DNA of 64,000 nucleotides. Source: the human T2T-CHM13v2.0 reference genome, Homo sapiens. The position numbers and the translations under genes were made by a program. The DNA lies in the NCBI RefSeq assembly GCF_009914755.1, contig NC_060947.1; one strand, written 5' to 3'. This document shows positions 13,241 through 29,835 of the stretch, piece by piece (position 1 is the stretch's first letter; each line of letters opens with the position of its first letter). The notes beneath the pieces were generated by a model. The model was not told the DNA's origin and did not search any database. It saw nothing but the letters and a program-made list of their open reading frames with translations.

Positions 13241-13372
13241 GTATAACAGCTGCAGCGATGGCTGAGGCGATGAAACTTCAGAAGATGAAGCTTATGGCTA
13301 TGAACACTCTTCAGGGAAATGGAAGCCAAAATGGGACCGAATCAGAGCCTGATGATCTTAATTCTAACACAG
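13241..13372 (+). CDS. DACH2: Dachshund homolog 2 internal coding exon (132 bp, phase 1-1): (G)ITAAAMAEAMKLQKMKLMAMNTLQGNGSQNGTESEPDDLNSNT(G)
   Basis: Acceptor ttctgcttttag|G and donor CAG|gtgagt; peptide recognised as the Dachshund AMAEAMK region after the DD1 box; joins in frame to 57239. Confidence 0.93.
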
Positions 13373-14040
13373 GTGAGTGTCTTCCAGAATCCCAGACCAA
13401 TGACTCTTACTGTTTTATTGTGGGGCAGGAGAGAGGTGGGATGAGGATGGAGGAGAGAATAATAAGTCTACTTTGGTTATAAAGATACTCAAGAGGGATG
13501 ATTAGCTCTATTGCTAACATTTGTACACTGAAATTAGAAAACAGTTACAAGTCATAATCTCATTTTGGAAACATTTAGTTATCTTCACTGTTTTGCTGTG
13601 GTAGAATTGTATTATAATTCCTATAATGCTAGCCATTGTGCTCTCTGCCTGACAAAGACTGGTCCACTCAGCATCACCTCAGGTTTCTTATTCCATCCTA
13701 TTCTAAATAATTTACCACTGAAAGGCAATGCTGACAGTCCAGGTTGGCTGGGCTGAAGTCTTTTCAGCTGGAGTACCACTTCCTTAGCTAAAGGAAAGTG
13801 CTGGCTGACTCCAGGCATTATCAACAGGGACTAATGAAAAGAGGTAGAACAGGGAGCAGCCAAAGAAGAAAAGATGGATGAAAGGAAAAGAAAACAGAGG
13901 TGACTTGTAGAGTGGAAAGTCCTCTCCTCTCATGTTACTTGTTTCTTTCTTTTACCCCGTGATCATTGTACCTTGGCCTTGATCATAAGACCCTTCAGAT
14001 CCCTTTGGAAAGTAGGTGGGATTATAACTATCAACATACA

Positions 14041-14116
14041 TGAATGGATGGATGGACGGATGGAAAGATGGATGGATAGATAAATGGATGGATCAATGGA
14101 TGATGGAAGGATGGAC
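14041..14116. repeat. Degenerate (GGAT)n microsatellite
   Basis: tgaatggatggatggacggatggaaagatggatggatag... Confidence 0.85.
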
Positions 14117-14147
14117 ACATAAATAAAGGAAAGATTGAAGAAATATT

Positions 14148-16378
<2,231 letters not shown>

Positions 16379-16849
16379 AAACATTTTTAGTAAAAAAAAA
16401 AAAAAAAAAAAAAAACGCAATTAAAGATGGTTTTAGGATCCAGAGATTTCCAAGCTAACTCTGCAGTTAAATTCAATATAATGTGATAGGTAAATTGGCA
16501 GCAGCTTTACATCTCTTTTTCTAGGCTCCTGGAAATTCAAGCATGGTGGGGCTTTATTTTGCAGGGAAATGGGAAGAGCAATTAAAGAGGAAAATTATTG
16601 AATGAAATCAGTATGAGAAACTACTCTGACTTCAGGACAGTGTAGATCACCTCATGTAAAATTACAATTTTCATGGTGAAATATAAGATGAGAATTGCTC
16701 TTCAACCAGTGCTGACAGTGACTTTTTTCTACATAGCCTGGATGCAATTTTCTGGGGAATCAATGGAAAATTCATATTTTACTGGGTTCTTGGAAACTGA
16801 AAACAATCCATAGATAAGAATAAAATTAACACTAAACAATAATAATAGC

Positions 16850-16965
16850 AACAGCAAGAATAGTTACTAGTTACTATGTGCTAAGTATCTCACATAATAA
16901 CTCATTTAATTTTTACCTAAATCTTGAGAACAAGGTACTTTCAATACTCCCATTTTATAGATCTA
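16850..16965. mobile_element. MIR fragment
   Basis: 'ttactatgtgctaag...ctcatttaat...cccattttatagat'. Confidence 0.55.
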
Positions 16966-19046
16966 ATTATCCTTATCTTGATGTAATGAAGTGAAGCTGA
17001 CTTGTAGTATTATAATCATAATTATTATATAGATTTAAATGAAGTTTCTGAAGCATTTCAAAGTCTGAATAAATGAAAACCCTGCTCTACTGGAAAGTGA
17101 AACTACTACAATTTCATAAATGATCATTTGTAAATGAAAATGTATTTCAAGCATTTTAGATCTGAAAATTTTTGGTAATCTGGGGGCTAGTGTGTCTTTG
17201 TTGCCCTTTGGGTCACCTATCTCACCATATAAACTGAGACCAAAGACTGGGCTTGATTTCTCTGTTTCCAACTTTTATCTGCTTTAGTTCCTTCCAAGAA
17301 GCGACAGAAGTAGATCATTTCAACAAGGGAGATCAGGGTTCATAGCATTTATGGTCTGATTATTAGTTATGGGAATGTTCTTTCTGAATGCTCATGGTTC
17401 AAGTAGGACTGGGAAATTTAATCCAAAGGACAGCTAGATCTTGGAGAAACATTAAAACTTTGTTCACAAAATAAGTACTAGATCTAATCAGGCAAAAGAA
17501 AAGCAGTCAATTTGGTAAATATTCAGTTGAGTGGGCTGTGAGGTATCCTGAGGGATACACATTGAATGTTTCCATCATTTATGTGGTGACATAGAAGTGA
17601 GATTTACATTATGATAAAATGCAGTTATTTTCAATTTTGTTGTAAAGAATTCCAGTTGTATATTTGAAGTGACTAGCAAATAATAGACATTCCATGAAGG
17701 TCAAGTACGTAAATGAAATAAGCAGTGTGGCTAGTGACTATTTCTAAACCACTCCATGAGGGATTAGAGTAATTCTTGAATATGATTCTCAACAAAATTC
17801 AATTTCATATATATTAGGCTCCACAATGTACAATATTCCAACAGTTATAAAGGCAATATGTTGGTAGTCTGAGGAGAGAAGACAAAAAAAATCACTGTAT
17901 TTCAAATGCTTATGATTTAGGTAGGAGAGGAGATAAAAATGAATCAATATATAAATGACTATACTCTGACATGGAATGTAATAAAAGCAACAAGAAGAAC
18001 TGTGACAATATAGAGAAAGAAAAAATTACTTCTAAGATAATCAAAAAGATTCAATTGTAGGATGTAGCATTTGAACTGTTCTTTGAAGGAGAGAAATTGG
18101 ACATCAGAAAAAAAGTGCATAGCTTTGAATGAAGTATTAAACAGATTGTCTCAATTGTGTTGAGTGCCTCCAGACCAAGGAGTATATCATCAAGACTTTG
18201 TCCAGTGCGAAGAGACCAAGAAATAAAGCTCCCCCCCCCCACTAATCTGTACATAATGGCCTCGGTGATTACACAGATCAATGACTAAAATAAAACAAGC
18301 CTTCAAAAAATAAACACACTGTACTATTCCCCTGGACAGTCATTTTCAAATAGTGATTCTCAGAGACCTCAGGACATTTCTAGGAGTTGGGTAAGAATTG
18401 AGGACATGGCTTGAGGAAATTTTATGTTTGATTACTAGAAAGTTTTGATCAATTACATTTTTAGGTTAACTATAAAGCACCTGTTGATTACAATCTTATT
18501 GACAAAGATTTCTAAAATTAAAATTTAGAGTCCTAAGTAACTTCAGATAATTAGATCCCAACCTCTCATACTACAGATGATGTTTGAAGCATGAGAAATT
18601 GGCCAGTAATCACACAGCTAGGTAGTGAGAGATCTGGCACTGATTCATAGTTCCTTGATCTTTCCACCATAACATTATGCTTCTAATGTTTGAATCAATT
18701 TTCTAGTATAGTTTAAGCTACATAATCTAATTTCTTTACTTTATATTGAATCTCAATCAGTAAACCTAGAGATAGAGATGCAGCTGATAAAGGAGATTGT
18801 CCTTAATTTGGCTTGACTAATATTTTGTTGACAAAATAGTTACCAGACTTCAGATTAGACCTGATCTGACCTCAAGATCTACTCTGGGAATTACTGTTTT
18901 CACTACATCTCTGATAGATTTTCTTTCTTGGTATCATCTTTTTTCTCTTCAATTAAGTAAGATATAGATAACAAATATTTCACTTGAAGTTCTGAAACTG
19001 TCCAATTAATCAAGCCATAAAATACATACATATGTATTAAAATACA

Positions 19047-19086
<40 letters not shown>
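19047..19086. repeat. (TG)n(TA)n microsatellite
   Basis: Direct reading. Confidence 0.95.
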
Positions 19087-19090
<4 letters not shown>

Positions 19091-19590
19091 AGTAGTGTTC
19101 AGCCATAAAAATATAACAAGATCCTGTCATTTGCAACAACATTGATGGAACTGGAGGTTAATACGTTAAGTGAAGTAAGCCAGGCACGGAAAGACAAACT
19201 TTGCATATTCTCACTTATTTGTGGGAGTTAAAATTAAAATGAGTGAATACATGGAGATAGAGAGTAGAAGGTGGCTCAGAAGGGTAGTGGGGGGTGAGGT
19301 GAGGAGGTGATGTGGGGAGGGTTAACAGGTACAAAAATAGAAAGAATGAATAAAACCTAGTATGTGCTAGCACAACAGGGATACTATAGTCAAAAATAAT
19401 TTAGTTGTACATTTAAATATAGCTAAAAGAATGTAATTGGATTGTATTCTTTGTGGATAACACAAAGCGTGAATGCTTGAGGTGATAGATACCCCATTTA
19501 CCCTGATGTGATTATTGTTTTGTATATCTGTATCAAAATATCTCATGTAATACATAAATATACTTACCATGTACCCACAAAAATTAAAAA
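19087..19590 (+). mobile_element. L1MA 3' fragment
   Basis: 'cagccataaaa...gatcctgtcatttgcaacaac...gtacccacaaaaattaaaaa'. Confidence 0.85.
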
Positions 19591-22500
19591 CCTAGTTAGA
19601 TCCACAAATATTATAAATTATTAAATATGATTTAGAATTTTATATTGTTTTAAGTGTAAACTCAATGATTTAGAGCCCTGCTCTGAAATCAAGCTGAGTG
19701 CATGTTACCTTTCCTGTTTTCTCCCTTATGAGTGGCATTTGTTTTAATAGGACACTATTAAAAATATAAATGAATGGTCTCTCTTTGTTGAATGTATTTT
19801 TGGTCATATGAACATTTTACTTGAGAAAGGACAATTTTTGGTTCTTATAAGCCGTTTTCACAAGGTTTGTGTAGCCAGAAAATTTTAAAAATGAGTTTGT
19901 TTTTCAATATAAGAGGGAGCACACTCTGTTTTAAATGCCTTATTGTGGTAGGATTGCTATTTAATTTCATCATTGTTATTAGTGGCTAAATCCCCTGAAG
20001 GCAAAATATGACAGATATAAAAACATGCCAAGTATTCAATTAAAATTTTTCTGCTGGTGTTAATATGTTTATCTATCTTGTCATTTTAAAAAGGATCATA
20101 TTTTATTTTCTCAGCATATTCCTTGTAACTTTTTATTCTAGCCCCCCATTACCCATTGATTCTTGCCATTTAATTGTGGAGGTACTGGCTTTTATTTGTG
20201 AAAGGCTTTATCAAAATACAGATTAAAATATCATGTTTTCACAATTGAACTAAACAGAGAAATGTACAGCAAAGTACTATCTTCCTAGAGGGTATGAGAC
20301 CAACCATTGTGCATTTTGCTCTTCACAAAAAAACCAACCAGCATTGTCAGAGAGCACATACTTCATGACCTAAGGAAATTTCCAAATTTATTGACACATC
20401 CTGAAATAAGCGGGACACTGACCTAAAAATACTGGAAGGCTGTATTTAGTTGAGATGTTTGAATGTGTGTGAAAAAGAGTTTTCCTGCTGGGAGTTCTTA
20501 CATCTTCTATTTTGCTTAAGTTGATATTTTTGGGTGATTCGACAAGAGCAGAGACAGGAGAGTATGAAAATAGAGTCAGTATCATTAAGCTTTAAAGGAA
20601 AAAAGCAAATATAGGAGTTAGAATATTCTTATGCAAGAACCGAATTTTCTCTTTGAAGGCAGACCTATAGTTTCTTTGATTTGAGGTTTGTTTAATAGTT
20701 TCCATAATGGCTGCACCATGACTCTGCATCAAGATTTCAGCATGAATAACAACGTGTTCATGTTTCATTTAGCTCCAAATGAGAAATTCTGTTTTTTATT
20801 GTTTTAGGAAATTAGTCTGTGTACTATTTCTCATGGAGCTTTATAATCAATCACTAAAGGTTATGGCTGTAGAGAGTTTGTGGGAAATAGATGCTTGAAT
20901 GATTATAATTGTAGCTGTCAAATTAGAAATATAGTTATACAGTAGCAGAATCTATTTTTAAACTATAACAAAGACTTCCAGGGTTGCCCATTTACTTGTA
21001 GAAATAAATGGAGTATTTTTAACTGCATTGCTTATTTCAGGAAGAACTATGCTCAGTGATGTTCTCTGGAAAACCCACGATTATAACCACGTAAATCTTT
21101 ATCCTCCGAGTCCCTGCTTTTTCTGACTTTTGTGTCAGTTTTGCTTCCATGGAGCAGATGTTGAGTACTTTACCTTTTGGAAAATATAGCTTATAGTGGA
21201 GAGAATCAAAGTGTATATGGTTGATTAACTGGCAAAGTTGAATTAGAAAATCCCAAGATTGCCTTCTTTCTTTATGTTATCCAAACATCTCATTAGATAT
21301 GGAGAAAGATGTTTCTAGGGAATCAAGCGAGGCATGCTGTTTTTATTAGCTCCTGGTACCAAGAACTGTTTTGAGAGGGTTTTTTTTTCTGATAGAATTT
21401 TCAACTTTCACTACTCTACCCATCTTTCTTCTGTGCTTATGACTGCTTAAAAAGTAAGCCAGAAGGAACTATTGTTTTTTCAGTACCCTTCTATAACTCA
21501 TTCCAGGAGTAAGCAACTCTCACTACTGGGGAATTGTTTATTATGTCTATTCCTAATACCTCATCTAGTGAATTACATTTCTTGTTTTGTCAGTAATATT
21601 AAGGTCAGTTTGTATGAAGCCACCTCAGAGTTTGGTCTAATGTTATCTCTTCCTCACAATTAATAATTTGAAATGATGTGATCTATCCTTATAGATCTTA
21701 TTAGCCAACACGTAATCATTCTGATCTTCCTAGTCCTCCACCTTCCTCCTGTCCCCAACTATGCTATTATCAAATCATAGGGCAGAACTTCACTTTTGAG
21801 AAGATCTAATCAGTGTTGAATATGTTGTCTTGGTTCCTACATGTTATTCTCATTTAATGTTTCTGGTTTTTTGTACATTAATGCTAAATATCTAGCTCTG
21901 CTACAGTTTTGTGTGGTTCAAAACAAGTGATTTCAAACAAGCATCCTCTCTTTGTGCCTTGGTTACAATGAACGAATCTGAGATAATCACATTGCCTTTG
22001 AATTCTAATCTTCATTATTATAATTCTTGAGCATCATTAGTCTAGTCCCATCTTCTGTTTGTATTGTTTTTACTTAATGGGTACTCTCCTGAATCTGTTG
22101 CTCTCATAGTCCATACTATTTATTCCTTACAGAATCTTTCACTTAGTGATGTCACTTCAGGTTCTGAACCCTTCCTTAGAAATTTGAGGTTAGTGTCATG
22201 TGATCAAAATGTGCCTCTGTCCATGTTCAGTACACTGACAGAAATGTTTTTCCTGCTTTTGGGATTTGGAAAATACTTTTTTTGTATTATTGCCTCAACT
22301 TAACATTTATTCATGGGTGATCACTCTTCGTGCCCCTGCTGGGAACTCTCTTCAGGTGTGTGATCTGACTGGATTTTCACAATATATTGATGAGCCAATT
22401 GTTTAGAATGGTCTCAAAAACCTTAGTAAAGTCAAAATAAATTATATCTATTGCTTCCCCTCTATCTCCCAGGCTGTCATTCTGTCACAGGAAATTAGAT

Positions 22501-23327
22501 TCGCCTGACAAGACTCAATCTTTAGGAAGCCATGCAGGGTGTTATCCAGCATACTGTTCCCTTCAAGGTATTTGCAAATTCATTTGCAGTATCTTCCAAG
22601 ACACACGTGTTATCCTTGCAGGTTAAGTACAAACAGGTAAAAAATAACAGAATGGGAAAATATAGGCAATGGTTCTTAAACTGGGCCAAAAAATAATAGA
22701 ATTTTATTTTATTTTCTACAACCTTTGAGGATACTATTGTCATATCTATGTTAGTTGAGAGATTGTGTTCATAAACGGAGTTTACAATAAGTAATTATTG
22801 GTATACACTATCATTTAAGAAGTATTCCTTCATGAATTAACTGGAACATGACAAAATATTCAATAGTAATTTGCTTAATACAATGCCAGATTTCAAAGTT
22901 AATTTACAGCATATATTGATTTTGAGTATCTACCTCTTTAGAGTATATATGTATCTAAAAATCAAAATAATAGTAATTCTGCACTGTCATGGTATACATA
23001 TATACTCTTATTATTTTGTTTCTGTTTACTTTTTTAAAGGCAGTTTAATAAGCATATAGTTTCACATAGAGTTGGGCTCATTAAATATCTCCAACATTTA
23101 ATGGATTCTACTTTACACTGGACATATTAGTGTAAGGGACTCAGAAATAATCACCATTATTTTTTCTAAATCCTAATTTTCTATGATCCTATACTCAGAT
23201 ATTAACATCACAGTCATGGATATGATCAGTATATACAGTGAACCTAGTTCATGCATTGAACTCAAGTAATAAATACTTGTGCCCTTATGGAAAGGTTTGG
23301 ACGTTCTGTAGTGTCCAAAGTGAAAAT

Positions 23328-23990
23328 TTTATGAGTTTTATTGAGGTAAAATTCACATACCATAAAATTCACTCTTTTGAAGTGTACAGTTCAGTGGTTT
23401 TAGTATATTTACAGAATTATACAACTACTATCATTATGTAATTCTAGTCCTAATAACTTATTATCAAATTCCAGAAATATTTTATCACTCCATGAAGAAA
23501 TCCTGTACCCATTAGGATGCCCATTTCTCTGCATCCGCAAAGAACCTGGAAACCACTAATCTACTATTACATTGTACTCTCTGTATGGATTTACCTATTC
23601 TGGATATTTCATGTAAATGGAATCATACAATACGTGACCTCTTGTGTCTGACTTATTTTACTTGGAATAATGTTTTTAAGGTTCATCCATATTGTAGCAT
23701 GTATCAGAACTTCATTTATTTTAATGCCTGAATGAGATTCCGTTTATGAAAATACTACATTTTGTTTATCCATTTATCTGTTCATGGCCATTTGGGTTGC
23801 TTCCACTTTCTGGCTACTATAAATGATGTTGCTATAAACATCTGTGCGCAAGATTTGTGTAGACATATGGTTTCATTTCTCTGGGATATATACCAAGGAG
23901 TAGAATTGCTGGGTAAAATGATAACTCTGTTGTTAACACTTTGAAGAAATGCCAAACATTTTACATTTCCAAAGTGAATTTTGTACATTA
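23328..23990 (-). mobile_element. L1MB-type 3' fragment
   Basis: 'ttttattgaggtaaaattcacataccataaaattcac...aagtgtacagttcagtgg'; minus-strand peptide AQMFIATSFIVARKWKQPKWP. Confidence 0.85.
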
Positions 23991-24513
23991 CATATTCACA
24001 GATTGGTTTCAAAAAATAGATTTTCATACACCATGCATTTCCTGGATACTCTGCACTCTATGGTCTTTCTTATGCAAATTTCTTGATATTCCAACATTGT
24101 AGTTCCCCTTTTTAGAGGCAAGCTGATCCTGCCAAGTAGCAGAAACTTTAATGCCCTCTATAATAAAAACAAAGATTGTGACTTTAAAGAAAGTTTAAGA
24201 AGTGAAATATGATTGTTTGGTTGATATGTACAGAGAGGAATTGACCTCTGACTTTTCTAAAGTTTATAGTATAAACAATATAGAGCAAGAAAATAAATTA
24301 TGCCACATAGGGGTCATCATAGTAGTATTGTCATCAAAACCAATGCTTTCATAGACACAGCTCTACTAGAATTAGCCTAGTATTCTAACCCTTGGCTTCT
24401 GGTCACATATGGGGTAAGACAGTTCAGATTAAGGGGGAGGAAATGTAGGCAGAGTAAAGTAAGAAGGTATCACTAGTTGGGACAAAGGCATGTCTATTTT
24501 ACTTCAAAAGGTG

Positions 24514-24801
24514 GGAGGTGGCTCACGCCTGTAATCCCAGCACTTTGGGAGGCCGAGGCGGGCAGATCACGAGATCAGGAGATCGAGATCATCCTGGCTA
24601 ACACGGTGAAACCCTGACACTACTAATACTAAAAATACAAAAAATTAGCCGGGCGTGGTGGCACACTCCTGTAGTCCCAGCTAGTCGGGAGGCAGGAGAA
24701 TAGCTTGAAACAGGCAGGCGGAGGTTGCAGTGAGCCGAGATCACGCCGCTGCACTCCAGCCTGGGTGACAGAGCGAGACTCCGTCTCAAAAAAAAAAAAA
24801 A
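24514..24801 (+). mobile_element. Alu (AluSc-like), slightly 5'-truncated
   Basis: Alu dimer with polyA; gtgggag present on both sides (TSD-like). Confidence 0.93.
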
Positions 24802-27800
24802 GTGGGAGATGGGGGTTATGTAAGTTCTTTCTACTGAAATAACATGAACAGTAGTACAAGGAGAGAAGAAAAAGCAAATTCTGGGGAAGTTGCCACTGGG
24901 TGAACGGTCTTAAGGTACAGTCTCATAGGTTTTGGCAAGTCCTTAAGGGAGTTATATCTTCCTAGATTTTTTTCTCTTCTCTTCTGGCTTACTATGGAGA
25001 ATTATGCCTAAATCTTAAACCTTACAACAGTTAAATAAGACCCCTTTCAAAGGGATTAACACACTGAATATTATATACATACAGATTTATATTTATGCGC
25101 TATACACATATATGGTCTTTATCTGTATATAAATATGTGATGATAATGATAAAAGGATAATGATTACACGTAGGATAAACATTTATCAAAAATTGTACTA
25201 TAAATAATAAAACAATAAAATATAAAGTGAAATAAAAAATAGAACACAATTATGGACAGTGAAAATTAGTAGCTTTTTAATAATAAGACAAGAATATAGT
25301 TGGAGAAACTTTCAAGAAACCGCTATTAAGACCATTGACTCTCGGAGTAAAAAAATATAGAAACAATGTAGGCACTCACTGTAGGAAATATTCATTTCTC
25401 TGCTGTATGAGAGTTTTGGTTTTTAACTTACTGAGGGAAGTTGATGGGCACAGATTCTAAAGAGTATGTTTCCTTTCAGAATTAGATATAATTAATGAAG
25501 TAACATAAGACACTTTCTCAGAGCTAACCTTATCTTTAAGTAAGATAATTTTATGGACTCTGAGAAATTGTCATGTTTCTGCCATTGCCATCTCTTAGGA
25601 TGTGTTTAATGCAAAGCATAAAGTTAATTGTAAAGCTACCCAGGGTATTATATTTTTGACACTTATCAGTTGTTTACATGTTAGTGTGAATCAAAGTTTG
25701 AGAGCTAATGCTGATGAGAGGAGGGAATTCCCTGGATAGAGATTTTAAACAACAGGAGAGAAAAAAGAACTAAAAGTTAGGATCCCAGACACAAACTCTG
25801 CCTGTTTCAAAGTTTACCTCATTCTTTTCTGAACCTGCAATATTTCCTAATGAACGGTATTTCTAAATCTTATTTAAGATGCCTAACTTCTCTTTCTTGG
25901 CAAAAAAAAAGAAGTTGTTCCTTCACAAGGATCATTCTCCATGTGGAATTTGACACCATGTCCGCTTAACCTAATGCGTTATCAGACCAGGTCTCTTTTT
26001 TTTCTACATGAATTAAATTGTCAGGTCTCTCTAGCTGCATCATAAATGGTTGGTTACAAGTGCCTCCTCTAGGTGATCATCATAAGATCCTAATGTTTAT
26101 CTTAAATGGCTTGCAGAAATTTGCAAAGAAACCTCTATAAACCATTAGGACTGATTTGCATCTAAATCATTTTTAACCAGGAGGCAAAAGTTATTTTCTG
26201 CAGATGGTCAGGGTTTATATTTTATAGGCAGCAGTGTCTATGAAAAATACAAAACTCATTATAGAAATAGAGCACAAATGCTATTCCCTTCTTACTTTCT
26301 GGCTTTTAGACTTGTTTCTACTACTGGGAGAAACATCAATGGAACATCAATGCATTGTACTGGAGACAGTACCTGTTCCCATAAAACACTGAGCAAAGAA
26401 CAAAGCATTTGTTTTCCTAGTGTAGATGCTGAAGTTAACATGCATTATTTAATAAATATATTTTTGCTTTCTCAAGAGATATATCAAGCAGTAGTAAATA
26501 TTTCAGTGTTATTTCTTTAGGAAGTTCAAATGTTTTGAGTGTAGAACTTCTTTTGGGAGGGTAAAGGTGGTGTTGGTCGGGAGGAGGGAGGGAGTTGGAG
26601 GAATCAAAGGAATGAGGAAAAGCATCATGCTGTAAAGTTTGATTGTTGTTCTACCTCTTTTTCCAACTATACCTGCCATGGAGTTTTCTTATAAATGCAA
26701 ACATCCTTCATAATACGTTTAAAAACAACAAATACATCACTTGCATGAATATTTAAGGAACCATCAGGAGGGGAAAAACTCATTGGTTTAATGGAATGCT
26801 GTCAAGGCAAATCAACATCATGAAAGACACTGGGGCAGAATTGATACCTTTGCACTGACATGTTAAAAGAAAAGCCCATGCATTATTTAGAAAACCCAGA
26901 AATCTGTCAGCTGCATGATTGCCGAGTTAGCAGATGCAGGAGGATTCTGCTTGAGTTGAAAAGAAATGCGTAGGCACAGATCCATATTGTAACCTTTCAT
27001 GTTCTACACCCACCATGAATTCTCAGCTATTATGCAGTCAGCATTTTTGAGTTTTTCTTTTTTAAATTTTCAAGTGCTTCGAAAGGCAAAAGGGGTACAT
27101 CTTTTAGTCTAAAAAAGCAAAATGCCTAGGCTGTTATTTTAGTGTTAGAGTAAAGATGACAAGACCAAAGATTGTTTTTCATGTTTCTGAGTGTTGTGCA
27201 AGGTTCCCCGGAGTGTTTTGAAGTTGTTACAGTAGGTATTATTTTTACACATTTATCCCATGAACAAAGTGTTTTCTTAACCATTTTGCCTTCAATAAAC
27301 ATAAGGAAACACTTTATTTTACTGATTTAAGCACATCAGCATGCCATTTATAAACATGGAAAGTTTTATAGTCTACTAATACAAAAATGAATTTATAGAT
27401 ACTATACATGTAAGCATTTAAAATAATTTTATTGAATACACAAGGGCAGCATTCTCTAGCAACATCTTGTCAAAATATAGTTATTGACATCCTTATGCCT
27501 TTGAATTACCCCTATGAGGCAAGTAAGAAGCCAGTATTCTGACTATTATCATAGAAGAGACAAAGAGAGGCACAAAAGAATCAAGTGTGTCTCTTAAGGT
27601 TACATATTTTGACAATAAGAGAAAATTAGTGGTAATAGAGCCAAGATTTTGTGTTTTCAGTCTAGTGAGCCTAATGTGTTTTCTACTCTACTGCTGCATC
27701 TCACCATTTCTCTGTAAGCCTCTCTGCATTTATAAGTGTTTAATTGTTGCTAAGCCAGAAAATACTTAATGAAAATCTTCTATTCCATATTAGCTGCTAA

Positions 27801-28487
27801 TTTATAGCCAACGAAGGAAAAATCACAACCAGCCAATCACGATTAATGGCATAGAATTAGAAAGTAATATTTTTTTGTATCATCTATATTTTGGAAAAGT
27901 CTGTCCAGATAGATTTCAGGAAGTTAATTGCTGATGAGGGTTCAATTTAAAATTATATATTACTTTGTTAAAAAAAAAACCTACAAATCTTTTGATGGGA
28001 TTTCCACTGGAAATAATGAATAGCAAAAATTTATAAAACATATGTTATTCCCTGATTTCTGGGTCGCTAGCATTTCTATGGAAACAGATGTGCATACTTC
28101 GACATATAGATGGTTAAACTTTCTTTTCATAAGTTCTTGTGGATTTTGTATTGCATACAGGACTTCTTTGGGAGGAACATTAATTTACACTTTTTTATTT
28201 TCAGAAAACTCATCATCATCACTATTATATGCTATTTCTACTGGCAAAATAACAATAAGTGAAAAATTCAGGAAGCTAAATTAATATTTTGAGTCAACTT
28301 GTAGAATGGTCTGAGGTCTGGATTGTCATTTTGCCTGGTTCCTTTGCTTCTGGATGATATTTTCTAACTGTATCCTCTCTTTTTCATCTCCACCAACCTC
28401 TGTTTACTCCTCTTCTCTACTACGTCTACCAGATATATTAAGTTAATAAAGGCATTCATATACTTCAGCAATGTTTTTGGAGTGGGA

Positions 28488-28533
<46 letters not shown>
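28488..28533. repeat. (TG)n(AG)n compound microsatellite
   Basis: Direct reading. Confidence 0.95.
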
Positions 28534-28534
<1 letters not shown>

Positions 28535-28734
28535 ATAAGAACATGCATGCTGAAGTGCTGAAGCACCTGCATCAACATTACTATCACTACAGTCATAGTC
28601 CAGGAAAGATGTCTCTGCTCTCAAGCAAGAAACAAGAACTACCATGATGGTTTGGGAATGAGGAAAAATAAGAGGGTGAAATAAGAGAGTGTATTTGACA
28701 TTAAGTTGGGAAATTGCAGAGGAAGCAACCTAAC

Positions 28735-28885
28735 ATTAGGTGTTAAAAGACCTGGATTCTAGAACCACCTCTGCCAAGAAGTAGCTGCAAATCCAGGCAA
28801 GTCTCTTTCTGTACCTGAGCCTCAGTTTTCTGATGTGTAAAATAGTAAGTGGGATAAGATTACAGTAAAGACAATTCTAGCTGTG
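28735..28885. mobile_element. MIR fragment
   Basis: 'agacctggattctag...ggcaagtc...ctgagcctcagttttctgatgtgtaaaat'. Confidence 0.7.
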
Positions 28886-29105
28886 GCAATTCTCCCTTTG
28901 TACATAGAGTAATGAGTTATTGCTGTCACTCTAATTGCAGAAGGGAAAAAGAGAGGTGTGGCAATACATAGGTAAGATGCCCATTTAGTTTAGGAACAGT
29001 CTGTAAAGAAACTTTAGAAAATTAATAATCCAGATATTGTTTCATTGCCAATTCTTCATTTTCTTCTAGAATTCTAGAATAACTACATTTCCTTCATACA
29101 TGTTA

Positions 29106-29835
<730 letters not shown>

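Noticed and set aside
13373-13482. C-terminal extension of ORF 13258-13482 as coding sequence
   Set aside because: Read-through past the consensus donor CAG|gtgagt; likewise the parts of ORF 57154-57459 outside 57239-57397 are intronic
25066-25137. Possible hairpin (tacagat ... atctgta)
   Set aside because: Short AT-rich arms with many mismatches; expected by chance
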